In this document: one piece after another, positions 1 to 8,525 of the stretch
Position numbering within the stretch: the stretch's first letter is position 1
How the letters are laid out: each line of letters starts with the position of its first letter
Made by a program: the position numbers and the translations under genes
Source: Rhodothermales bacterium
GTDB lineage: Bacteria; Bacteroidota; Rhodothermia; Rhodothermales; VXPQ01
DNA length: 64,000 nt
Reading direction: 5' to 3'
Assembly: GCA_965248175.1 (NCBI GenBank)
Contig: OZ252093.1
Span: 2,590,406 to 2,654,405 of the forward strand
Notes under the pieces: model-generated
The model's input: only the letters and a program-made list of their open reading frames with translations
Told to the model about the DNA's origin: nothing
Databases searched by the model: none

Positions 1-299
1 ACCCATTGCTTGTGTATAAGTTCATTGAATTCTTTTTCAATGGTTGTGGTGGTGATAGACGACAGCTTATCGTAACCAGCCACGAGTCAAATCTACTTGA
101 TCGAAAACTGCTGCGACGGGACGAAATATGGTTCGCCGAGAAAAACCAGAAGGGATCTACGTCTCTCTATTCACTCGCGGATTTTCAACCGAGAAAAGAC
201 TTGAAATTTGACAAACACTACTTGCGGGGGCGTTTTGGGGCCATCCCATTTCTGGGAGAGATAGACCAGATTACGAGCAATAAGGAAGTTCAAGGATGA
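1..299 (+). CDS. AAA-family ATPase, C-terminal fragment (AbiLi/RloA-like partner of an RloB protein); 5' end lies off-window
   Basis: Frame is open to the window edge. The C-terminal motifs IVTSHESNLL, RRDEIWFAEK, LYSLADF and YLRGRFGAIP match my recollection of AAA_21-type ATPases paired with RloB proteins. The stop overlaps the next start (ATGA at 296-299). G+C is visibly lower than the backbone. Confidence 0.6.
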   Translation, partial: PLLVYKFIEFFFNGCGGDRRQLIVTSHESNLLDRKLLRRDEIWFAEKNQKGSTSLYSLADFQPRKDLKFDKHYLRGRFGAIPFLGEIDQITSNKEVQG

Positions 300-1003
300 G
301 TAGGAGAAAACCACGACCACTGGACCGAGATAAACAGGATTATAGGGATGACCGTCTCTATATCGTGGCGTGCGATGATACCTATGCACCCAAGGATTAT
401 TTCGCGGCATTGGTGCCCAGGCTTCACCGTTTACAGATTCACGTGGTTGAGACACAAGACGGAACATCGTCTGCGGGGCATGTGCTGGAGCGTTTACTGG
501 GGTACAAGATCGGGGAAAGAGATGAGCGATGGATGCTGCTCGACACGGATCACTACACAAAACGCGAGCATCTCAAATCTTTTACTAGGGCGATTAAAGA
601 GGCAAAAGAGGTGAATGTACGCATCGCTCTGAGCAAGCCGTGCTTCGAATTCTGGCTCCTATTGCATCACCTTACCCGGCAGAAACTGAGTTCGCACAAA
701 TTGTCCAATGCTAGGGATGTAGAGAAACTTCTGAAACAAACACTGGGCACGTATAACAAGCGCAAGCTCAAACCAGAGAATTTTTCACTGGAGAAAGTAC
801 CTCAAGCAATTAGAGAGAGTAGAGAAATAGACAAATCGGTAGGCGGCGGGGACATCCCCGATGCCAATACCTCCCGCGTATACCAACTCTGGGAATCAAT
901 CATCAGCAACGCATTGCCCGCACAATTGCGCAATGAGTTGCCGGAACTTGCAGAACTCATTACCTCCCACCCTCCCGCATCGCCGCGTACTCCTCGAGCG
1001 TAA
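296..1003 (+). CDS. RloB-like (AbiLii / TOPRIM-like) protein
   Basis: 235 aa. N-terminal LYIVACDDTYAPKDYF, central LLDTDHY and ALSKPCFEFWLLLHH resemble the RloB family signature (ILIVCEGxxTEPxYF ... DxD ... SNPCFELWLLLHF). Translationally coupled to the upstream ATPase. Confidence 0.7.
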   Translation: MSRRKPRPLDRDKQDYRDDRLYIVACDDTYAPKDYFAALVPRLHRLQIHVVETQDGTSSAGHVLERLLGYKIGERDERWMLLDTDHYTKREHLKSFTRAIKEAKEVNVRIALSKPCFEFWLLLHHLTRQKLSSHKLSNARDVEKLLKQTLGTYNKRKLKPENFSLEKVPQAIRESREIDKSVGGGDIPDANTSRVYQLWESIISNALPAQLRNELPELAELITSHPPASPRTPRA

Positions 1004-3410
1004 ACGCATCTACTTCTATGTAGGCTGCGCGGGCGGTTTCCGCCTCCTGTACGAGATCGCGTTCCTCTGTTGAAATCACGCCCGCTTCGCAGGCAGCGTC
1101 AAGGGCCTGTTCCGGGCGGCTGCGCGCCAGCGTACCCTGGCGCATGGCGCTCCTGATCCGGCCCAACATCGATTCTGCTTCCACTGAAAGCCGGAAGGCC
1201 CGTTCCAGCCGGGCAAGGCTCCCCGAAGCATCTGTCTCGTCTGCACGGTATATCCCCGCCGTGAACCGATCCCGCTGCTCGCCGGGCGTTTGCAGGGCCT
1301 GGGCCACCTTGCCCCCGAGGCGATCAGAAGGATAGCTGCCGAAACGGTTCATGCGAAACCAGAGCGCACACGGACCACGAAGCAACCAGGAGACCCCGCC
1401 CGGCAGGCGCAGATTCTCGAATAACCCCTCAAAACCGGCTTGAATGCGGACCAGTGTATGCTGCATGGCCCAGTGCATAAACGGAGCATCCTCCTTGCGG
1501 CGCCCATCCGCCTCAAAGCGGCGAAGCACCGCCGTCCCGATATACAGCGAGGAAAAAATATCCGCAAACCGACCGGTGAGTTTCTCCTTGCGTTTGAGGT
1601 CTCCTCCAAGGATGCCCATTGCAAGATCCGCCATGAACGCAAATGTGGCAGACGCCCAGTTCAGCTTCCGAACATACCGCGCCGACGGCCCTCGCACGGG
1701 CGAGCGGCTGAGTCTCCCCCGGGTCACGTAGAGCACCTTCGCCCGGCAACCGTTCCGGAACACGTGACCTATATGTTTCCACAGATTCCGGTCGAAGGCA
1801 ACAAGATCACCCCGGGCCAGCGCATCGATTTCCGCATAGGCATACGGATGGCACCGGATAGCTCCCTGCCCGAAAATGATGAGCGTCCGCGTGAGGATGT
1901 TAGCCCCCTCGACCGTAATGCCTATAGGCGCCGCCATGTACGTATGGGCCAACAGGTTGCGCGGGCCGCACGAGATAGCGTTTCCGCCGAGGATATCCAT
2001 CGCGTCGTTCACGATCCGCCGCTGCATCTCCGTCGCATTGTACTTGGCGATGGCCGTCACGACAGCAGGTTTTGCCCCGCGATCTATGGCCCCACAAGTG
2101 TAGCGGCGCATGGCCTCCAGGGCATACGTGTAGCCCCCGATACGCGCCAACGGTTCTTCGATGCCCTCAAACCGTCCGATAGGCAACCCGAACTGTTTGC
2201 GCACCGCCGCATGCGCCGACGCAACGCGGCACGCATACTGCGCCCCGCCGGTGCTCTGTGCAGGAAGCGAAATGCCCCGCCCCGCAGCCAGCGATTCCAT
2301 GAGCATGCGCCAGCCGCCGCCAGCCCCCTCCTTGCCCCCGATGATGGCGTCCGCGGGCACCACCACGTCGCGCCCCTCCGTCTTCGAGTTGACGAACGCC
2401 ATGCCGAGAGGATCGTGCCGCCAGCCGGTCTCAACACCCGGAGTGTCCGTCGAAATAAGCGCACACGTAATACCGGGCTCGATACCCTTGCCAAGCAGGT
2501 TTTCCGGATCTTTCAAGCGAAATGCCAGACCCAGAACGGTCGCTACCCCCGCCAGCGTGATGTACCGCTTGCTCCAGTTCAGGCGCAATCGAATCGATCC
2601 GTCGTCAGCCCGGAACACCACGCCTTCGGAGGCAATCGAGCTCGCATCGGAGCCGGCGCCCGGTTCGGTGAGCGCAAACGCCGGAATCTCCTCGCCGCGA
2701 GCAAGACGCGGGAGGTAATGATCACGCTGGGCCTGCGTACCGTAGTGAATAAGCAATTCGGCAGGCCCCAGTGAGTTCGGCACCATGACCGTAATCGACA
2801 GCGGCAACGACCGGGTCGCCGCTTTCATCACGACCGCACTGTTGCCGAGCGCCGAAAAATCCAGGCCACCATATTCCTTCGGTATGATCATGCCGAAGAA
2901 ACGCTCTTCTTTGAGAACGTCCCACACGGCTTCGGGAAGGTCTCCGCGCCGGTGTACCTCCCAATCGTCGGTCATGGCGCACAGCCGCTCCAGGGGCCCT
3001 TCTATGAATGCGCGCTCCTCGTCCGTCAGTTCGGGATACGGCATAGTCAGCAATTTCGCGAAATCGGGCCGCCCGGAAAACAAGTCCCCGTCTACCCATA
3101 CATCCCCCGCTTCAATGGCGATCCGCTCGGTTTCGGAAATCGCGGGCAGGAAACCCGACGAACGAAACGCCTTCATGACGGAGCTGGAAACCAGCGTACG
3201 CCGGAGCACGGGCTCATGAAACACCAGTGCAAACATGCCCAGCAGAATCCAGAGCCAGGGAGGCGCACCTAACCCGTACAGCAGGCCTGCCCACAGGAGG
3301 GAATGCACGAGCAGCGGCGCACCCACATACCCCGCCGCGAAAAACGCCAGGATACATCCGACAACGACCCAGACGATCGCCACATCCTGCAAAAAATGGT
3401 AATAGGGCAT
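960..3410 (-). CDS. fadE: Large membrane-anchored acyl-CoA dehydrogenase (FadE type)
   Basis: 816 aa with an N-terminal TM region. Long colinear similarity to E. coli FadE as I recall it (for example PNSLGPAELLIHYGTQAQRDHYLPRLARGEEIPAFALTEPGAGSDA). The size matches the ~814-aa FadE. Confidence 0.9.
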   Translation of the reverse strand: MPYYHFLQDVAIVWVVVGCILAFFAAGYVGAPLLVHSLLWAGLLYGLGAPPWLWILLGMFALVFHEPVLRRTLVSSSVMKAFRSSGFLPAISETERIAIEAGDVWVDGDLFSGRPDFAKLLTMPYPELTDEERAFIEGPLERLCAMTDDWEVHRRGDLPEAVWDVLKEERFFGMIIPKEYGGLDFSALGNSAVVMKAATRSLPLSITVMVPNSLGPAELLIHYGTQAQRDHYLPRLARGEEIPAFALTEPGAGSDASSIASEGVVFRADDGSIRLRLNWSKRYITLAGVATVLGLAFRLKDPENLLGKGIEPGITCALISTDTPGVETGWRHDPLGMAFVNSKTEGRDVVVPADAIIGGKEGAGGGWRMLMESLAAGRGISLPAQSTGGAQYACRVASAHAAVRKQFGLPIGRFEGIEEPLARIGGYTYALEAMRRYTCGAIDRGAKPAVVTAIAKYNATEMQRRIVNDAMDILGGNAISCGPRNLLAHTYMAAPIGITVEGANILTRTLIIFGQGAIRCHPYAYAEIDALARGDLVAFDRNLWKHIGHVFRNGCRAKVLYVTRGRLSRSPVRGPSARYVRKLNWASATFAFMADLAMGILGGDLKRKEKLTGRFADIFSSLYIGTAVLRRFEADGRRKEDAPFMHWAMQHTLVRIQAGFEGLFENLRLPGGVSWLLRGPCALWFRMNRFGSYPSDRLGGKVAQALQTPGEQRDRFTAGIYRADETDASGSLARLERAFRLSVEAESMLGRIRSAMRQGTLARSRPEQALDAACEAGVISTEERDLVQEAETARAAYIEVDAFTLEEYAAMREGGR

Positions 3411-3483
3411 TGCATCCGCCTCGCTACAAGAAAAGTGGTCCGTAAAAACCGGACAGTGTTTTAAGTGTACTGTCGCGTTGAGT

Positions 3484-4027
3484 TCATACCGCTCTGGTCA
3501 ATGGTTTGCGCCGGTAGAATACGTCGCTGGGGGCACGGTTGTCAAGCGTCTGATGGGGGCATTCCCCGTCGGAGTAGCGCAGGTAGTCGGCAATTCCCTT
3601 CCTGGCCTCGACTACCGTCTCGTACGCGTGCCGGTAGACCTCTTCCTGCTTTAGGCTGCGCCAGAGGCGCTCCACGTACACGTTGTCCAGCCAGCGCCCC
3701 TTGCCGTCCATAGAGATGCGCACGCCATGCCCCTTGAGTGCACCAGTGAACGCCTCGGAGGTAAACTGCGCTCCCCGGTCGGTATTAAACACCTCAGGCG
3801 CCCCGTAGCGGACAATGGCTTCCTGCATCGCTTCGACACAAAAAGGCGGCGTCCATCGTGTTCGATAGCCGATGAGCGAGCGCCTTGCGGCTATGCCAGT
3901 CGATCTCTTTCATCGCCCGAAGGTTCTCTTCGCTCTCGCCCCGAGGGGTGTAGTAAGCCGTCGAGCGGCTCAACGCAAAGAGTTTGCACTGGCAAACCAC
4001 CGGCAACGCATGGGCGGGCACTATCAT
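3484..4027 (-). pseudogene. IS3 orfB (DDE transposase) pseudogene
   Basis: Two ORF fragments (77 aa and 114 aa) in different frames. Relative to the 268-aa intact OrfB, the segment between MKEID and WHSRK (~90 aa) is deleted. Confidence 0.8.
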
Positions 4028-4041
4028 GGCCCGGCGCTCGG

Positions 4042-4335
4042 CTACCGGTCTCGACCGAGCGCCTTCGATAAAGAATCCTTCTCCATGGACAACTCACCGA
4101 TCTTCGCCCGGAGCGCCTTGATCCGGTCGTCGCGCTCGTCCGGGGCGCCGCCGCGGCCTCGGGTGAAAGCCTCCTCGGCGGTCTCCACCAGCTGCTTCTT
4201 CCAGGATTGTATCTGGTTCGGGTACACCTCGAATCGCTCGGCGAGCTCCGCCAGCGTGCGGTCGCCACGAACGGCGGCGAGGGCTACCTTCGCCTTGAAC
4301 GAAGGACTATGGGTTCTGCGTGTTCGTCTTGCCAT
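4042..4335 (-). CDS. IS3 OrfA (HTH transposase subunit), copy 1
   Basis: [37 protein letters not shown]... is near-identical to the OrfA of copies 2 and 3. Confidence 0.7.
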   Translation of the reverse strand: MARRTRRTHSPSFKAKVALAAVRGDRTLAELAERFEVYPNQIQSWKKQLVETAEEAFTRGRGGAPDERDDRIKALRAKIGELSMEKDSLSKALGRDR

Positions 4336-4412
4336 GGGGTCTCGTCGGATTGATTGTTCGGAACAAGGTCGCAACAGTACACCTTAAATCCCGCGAAACT
4401 CTGTCCAATCAA

Positions 4413-5248
4413 CCCGAGACTATACTCTGTGATCTTACAGGCGGCAAATCGGAACCTATTACTTCTTTAAAAAGACAGGGCACCTGAAATATGGGGAAAC
4501 TCTCTGCATAGTGACTAAAATTAAGGGGCCTATATACGAAAGTTGCCAGTACGGCTTGACATTTGAAGGTAATTTGAGATACATTGGTTTCCATACGGTC
4601 ACTAATCTATTCAGTAAAGATGCAGCAAGCTCCCGGACGTTCCGACAGAAGTGGAATCACGATCTTCCAACTGTTCTCGATGTTTCCCGACGAGGAATCG
4701 GCCCGGCGATGGATGGAGGCGATACGCTGGCCCGACGGCCCCGCGTGTCCAACATGCGGTTCGGTGAATTACGGAGAAACGCCTTCGCACAAGTCCATGG
4801 ATTACCGGTGCCGCGACTGCCGGCAATACTTCTCCGTACGTAAGGGAACGGCGATGGAATCCAGCAAGATCGCGCTCCGGCAATGGGCCATTGCGATCTA
4901 CATGTCCGCAACGAATCCGAAGGGCGTTTCGAGTATGAAGATTCACCGCGAACTCGGCATGACGCAGAAATCCGCCTGGTTCCTTATCCAGCGGGTGCGG
5001 GAATTCTTCGCAGACGCTGCGCCGATTCTGACCGGCCCGGTCGAGGTTGACGAGACCTATGTGGGCGGCTTGGAGAAAAACAGGCATAAGAGCGAAAAGA
5101 TGCATGCCGGTCGCGGAACCGCAGGGAAGGCCACGGTCATGGGGGCAAGGCAGCGCGACGGCAAGATTGTCGCTCGTCCGCTCGGTTGGGAACCGGGCGA
5201 GGACGCTGGCGGGATTCGTGTATGAGAACGTCAAGGCGGGCGAGACGC
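4413..5248 (+). mobile_element. IS1595-family element remnant (3' part missing)
   Basis: Contains an IS1595-type transposase N-terminus (zinc-ribbon CPTCGS...CRDCRQYFSVRKGT, DETYVGG). It is bounded by IS3 copy 1 on the left and cut by IS3 copy 2 on the right. The left boundary is approximate. Confidence 0.65.
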
Positions 5249-5255
5249 TCGTGGG
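4620..5255 (+). pseudogene. IS1595-family transposase, frameshifted and C-terminally truncated
   Basis: The ORF from MQQAPG... ends at 5225. Family-like sequence continues in another frame (RARTLAGFVYENVKAGETLV) up to the IS3 junction at ~5248. Confidence 0.7.
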
Positions 5256-5804
5256 ACGCTCCATATAGAGCCTGTCGATCTCTTTCATCAAGGAAAGGTT
5301 CTCTTCGCTCTCGCCCCGGGGACGATAGTAGGCTGTCGAACGACTCAACGACAGGAGCCTCGACTGGTGAACCACCGGCAAGGCATGGGCGCGATCTATC
5401 CTCGCCCGGTGCCCGGCTATCGGTCTCGACCGAGCGCCTTCGATAAAAAATCCTTCTCCATCGACAACTCACCGATCTTCGCCCGGAGCGCCTTGATCCA
5501 GTCGTCGCGCTCGTCCGGGGCGCCGCCGCGGCCTCGGGTGAAAGCCTCCTCGGCGGTCTCCACCAGCTGCTTCTTCCAGGATTGTATCTGGTTCGGGTGC
5601 ACCTCGAAGCGCTCGGCGAGCTCCGCCAGCGTGCGGTCGCCACGAACGGCGGCGAGGGCTACCTTCGCCTTAAACGAAGGACTATGGGTTCTGCGTGTTC
5701 GTCTTGCCATGGGGTCTCGTCGGATTGATTGTATCGGAACAAGGTCGCAACAGTACACCTTAAATCCCGCGAAACTCTGTCCAATCAACCCGAACCACCT
5801 CTAA
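5249..5804 (-). mobile_element. Truncated IS3-family element, copy 2 (left end + orfA + first ~42 codons of orfB)
   Basis: The left terminus ...GAACCACCTCTAA ends at 5804. orfB similarity (MPVVHQSRLLSLSRSTAYYRP...MKEIDRLYMERPTS) stops at ~5250, where IS1595 sequence begins. Confidence 0.8.
5417..5710 (-). CDS. IS3 OrfA, copy 2
   Basis: Near-identical to the other OrfA copies. The TTTTTTA slippery site is retained. Confidence 0.7.
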   Translation of the reverse strand: MARRTRRTHSPSFKAKVALAAVRGDRTLAELAERFEVHPNQIQSWKKQLVETAEEAFTRGRGGAPDERDDWIKALRAKIGELSMEKDFLSKALGRDR

Positions 5805-5830
5805 CCTGTATTCTTTTTTTGATTTGTTCC

Positions 5831-6410
5831 ATGGACAAATCTCTATTGGCTCAAAATTGCCCTCCATCTCCTGAATTACGCTCTGATCTTCATAGATTCA
5901 TTAGCAAGCAGGATAATTTAGAAATAATAAACGAGTTCGAAAAACTATTTTCTTCGCAATTCGCCAAGGTAATAAGGGATAAATCTTTTTTTATTGATCG
6001 TTTTGATGGGCTTGTTGATATTTTTCTTGATGATGAAGAGATAGTTTCTTATCATAAATTTATTTCTGTGTGGTTTTCGATGCAATTTTTGCCTCGAATA
6101 ATTGAAGATTTTAATACTGGTAATCAAGGAATACTTGGGCGTTACATAGACTTTCTTTTATCTGCAGATGGTGTTGGGATTGATTTTATATCTTCTTCGC
6201 TTCCTCTTCTTGAAGGTCATTGGTCAGCTGAACGTATCGAATCAGCGGCTCTGAAAGCGTATCAGTCGGGCCAAGATATACTTGATCGTCATGATAGTGG
6301 TGAAGATATTTTTTATCCTCCTCCTCGTGGAATCTCTAAAAATGATCAACCTCAGTTACGTCTGTGTGAGATATCGCTACTTAAATCCGCCCTTGATTCT
6401 CTTGCAGTTA
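5831..6410 (+). pseudogene. AT-rich orphan ORF, 5' part (interrupted by IS3 copy 3)
   Basis: ATG at 5831 inside a visibly AT-rich island that starts at 5805. The 193 native codons have no similarity I recognise. The frame then runs into the IS3 left end at 6411. Confidence 0.55.
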
Positions 6411-6503
6411 TGAGAGGTGGTTCGGGTTGTTTGGACAGATTTTCGCGGAATTTAAGGTGTAGTGTTGCGACCTTGTTCCGATACAATCAACCTGACGAGA
6501 CCC

Positions 6504-6797
6504 ATGTCAAGACGCACACGCAGAACCCATAGTCCTTCGTTCAAGGCGAAGGTAGCCATCGCCGCCGTTCGCGGCGACCGTACGCTGGCCGAACTCGCCG
6601 AGCGCTTCGAGGTGCACCCGAACCAGATACAATCCTGGAAGAAGCAGCTGGTAGAGACCGCCGAGGAGGCGTTCACCCGAGGCCGCGGCGGTGCCCCGGA
6701 CGGGCGCGACGATCAGATAAAGGTGCTTCACGCGAAGATCGGAGAGTTGTCGATGGAGAAGGATTTTTTATCGAAGGCGCTCGGTCGAGACCGTTAG
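6504..6797 (+). CDS. IS3 OrfA, copy 3
   Basis: [49 protein letters not shown]... is an HTH/leucine-zipper type OrfA. Confidence 0.8.
   Translation: MSRRTRRTHSPSFKAKVAIAAVRGDRTLAELAERFEVHPNQIQSWKKQLVETAEEAFTRGRGGAPDGRDDQIKVLHAKIGELSMEKDFLSKALGRDR
6764..6770 (+). promoter_or_regulatory. Programmed -1 ribosomal frameshift slippery heptamer T_TTT_TTA (OrfA to OrfAB)
   Basis: The heptamer is in X_XXY_YYZ phase with orfA (codons TTT TTA). The -1 frame is open from 6770 into orfB, giving ...[27 protein letters not shown]... Confidence 0.65.
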
Positions 6798-6832
6798 CCG
6801 AGCGCCGGGCGAGGATAGATCGCGCCCATGCC

Positions 6833-7639
6833 TTGCCCGTGGTTCGCCAGTCGAGGCTCTTGTCGTTGAGCCGTTCGACGGCCTACTATCGTCCCGGGAC
6901 AGAGAGCGAAGAGAACCTTGCGGCAATGAAAGAGATCGACAGGCTGTACATGGAGCGTCCCACAAGCGGATCGCGCACGATCAAGAGCATGCTCGAGGTG
7001 CGCGGGCGCAAGATCGCCAGAAGCCGCGTCGTTCGCCTCATGCGTCTGATGGGCCTACGGGCTATCTACCCCAAGCGCCGTACGTCTTCTCCAGGAGAAG
7101 GGCACAGGATTTATCCTTATCTGCTCAGAAGCATGAAGGTTACGAGACCCCGGCAAGTCTATGCGGCGGACATTACGTACATCCCTATGGCGAAAGGCTT
7201 TCTCTATCTTGTGGCCGTGATCGACTGGCATAGCCGCAAGGTGCTCGCCCACCGGCTCTCGAACACGATGGACGCCGCCTTTTGCGTCGAAGCGATGGAA
7301 GAGGCCATTGTTCGCTACGGCGCACCAGAGGTCTTCAATACCGACCAGGGAGCGCAGTTTACCTCCGAGGCGTTCACCGGTGCGCTCAAGGAGCATGGCG
7401 TGCGCATCTCTATGGACGGCAAGGGCCGCTGGCTCGACAACGTGTACGTGGAGCGCCTCTGGCGCAGCCTCAAGCAGGAAGAAGTCTACCGGCGCGCCTA
7501 CGAGACGGTGAGCGAGGCCAGGAAGAGAATTGCCGACTACCTGCGCTACTTCAACGAAGAGCGTCCTCACCAGGGACTTGACAACCGAACGCCCGACGAC
7601 GTATTCTACAAACGAAAGCCGCTGTTCAAAGCGGCATAA
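6833..7639 (+). CDS. IS3 OrfB (DDE integrase-core transposase), copy 3; probably expressed as an OrfAB fusion
   Basis: 268 aa in the -1 frame relative to orfA. Has an rve-type core (YAADITYIP...VIDWHSRKV...FNTDQGAQFTS...ERLWRSLKQEEVY). Confidence 0.85.
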   Translation: MPVVRQSRLLSLSRSTAYYRPGTESEENLAAMKEIDRLYMERPTSGSRTIKSMLEVRGRKIARSRVVRLMRLMGLRAIYPKRRTSSPGEGHRIYPYLLRSMKVTRPRQVYAADITYIPMAKGFLYLVAVIDWHSRKVLAHRLSNTMDAAFCVEAMEEAIVRYGAPEVFNTDQGAQFTSEAFTGALKEHGVRISMDGKGRWLDNVYVERLWRSLKQEEVYRRAYETVSEARKRIADYLRYFNEERPHQGLDNRTPDDVFYKRKPLFKAA

Positions 7640-7702
7640 CCCGACGCGACAGTACACTTAAAAACGCTGGAAAAACTGTCCAGTTTTTTCGGACCACTTC
7701 TG

Positions 7703-7749
7703 TTAGCCGTATTGTATATCTCAATATATTCATAGGATTATCCGTCTAG
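7703..7749 (+). other. 3' continuation of the AT-rich orphan ORF beyond IS3 copy 3
   Basis: Removing the IS and one copy of the TTA repeat restores the frame: ...LDSLAV-SRIVYLNIFIGLSV-TAG, with the stop at 7747-7749. Confidence 0.5.
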
Positions 7750-7751
7750 GG

Positions 7752-8381
7752 GGGCGTGTCCGCTTAACTGTATAAGTGAAATTATTGTTCAATGGGCACT
7801 CTGTCCTGGTAGAGTATGACGAACTGGTTGAGTGCGGCCTTCCAGTCGCGTATGGGTCGCTTCCATTTCTTCGCGGCTTCGCGCAGGCCCAAGTAGAGCA
7901 GCTTGCGCACCGCGTCGTCGTTGGGGAAAGCGCTCCGTCCCTTGACGATTTTGCGCAGGCTGTAGTTCAGCGATTCGATCACATTGGTGGTGTAGACCAC
8001 CTTGCGGATCGCAGGCGCATAGTCGAAGAAAGGCGCCAGACGCTCCCAGTCCTTCCTCCAGATCAAGCGAACCCGACTCGTTCTCGAGCCGCTTCGTACT
8101 GCGCCCGTTACGGGAATTGCCGCTGCCGCGGCCCGAAGGATCGTGAGCAGGGTAGCCGAGATGATGCGTCATCTCCCCCTCCAAGGCCGCCTCGAGAGCA
8201 CGCTTGCCTATCGTCTTGAGCAAGCCCCCCTCGCCGAATAGGTCCCGCGCGTCCCCTTTGAAGTCCTTCAGCAACTCCTCGAGAAGCGCCTGCTGTTTGT
8301 CTGTAATTTCGGCCATCGTCTTCACCTACTGATGAAACTATGTGTACGATTGACCACTTACACAGTTTGCGGGATACGTCC
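7752..8381 (-). mobile_element. IS256-family element remnant with a large internal deletion
   Basis: Terminal IRs GGGCGTGTCCGCTTAACTGTATAAGTG (7752-7778) and CACTTACACAGTTTGCGGGATACGTCC (8355-8381). Flanking 8-bp near-identical direct repeat GTCTAGGG (7744-7751) / GTTTAGGG (8382-8389). Confidence 0.8.
7782..8325 (-). pseudogene. IS256-family transposase pseudogene (N-terminal ~90 aa joined to C-terminal ~94 aa)
   Basis: The N-terminus is MAEITDKQQALLEELLKDFKGDARDLFGEGGLLK...GEMTHHLGY. The C-terminus is ...WERLAPFFDYAPAIRKVVYTTNVIESLNYSLRK... in another frame. The catalytic middle is absent. Confidence 0.8.
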
Positions 8382-8525
8382 GTTTAGGGTTTAGTGCATA
8401 AGGGTTAAATACAAGGATGCGAAATGTAAGATATCAAAAAAATTCAAAAAGGCAAGCATTGTAAAATTTCAATGAGGAACCTGCCCTAATCCCCTTGGCT
8501 CCGAGTATGGATGTATTTGTCAGGC

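Larger units (their letters stand above)
3429..4412 (-). mobile_element. Degraded IS3-family element, copy 1 (orfB internally deleted and frameshifted, left terminus missing)
   Basis: Nucleotide and protein similarity to the intact copy at 6411-7702. The right-end IR (...GGACCACTT) lies at ~3429-3445. The left end diverges after CAACCCGA at ~4412, about 13 bp short of the terminus. The slippery site is mutated to TTCTTTA. Confidence 0.8.
6411..7702 (+). mobile_element. Apparently intact IS3-family insertion sequence, copy 3
   Basis: ~1.29 kb. Imperfect terminal IRs (left TGAGAGGTGGTTCGGGTTGTTTGGACAG; right ...CTGTCCAGTTTTTTCGGACCACTTCTG). orfA and orfB are intact in 0/-1 frames. Flanked by a 3-4 bp direct repeat, (G)TTA, at 6407-6410 and 7702-7705. 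Confidence 0.85.

Noticed and set aside
4611-5381. 256-aa minus-strand ORF
   Set aside because: Only its first ~42 codons are IS3 orfB. The remainder is read-through into the antisense of the IS1595 transposase, so it is a junction artefact.
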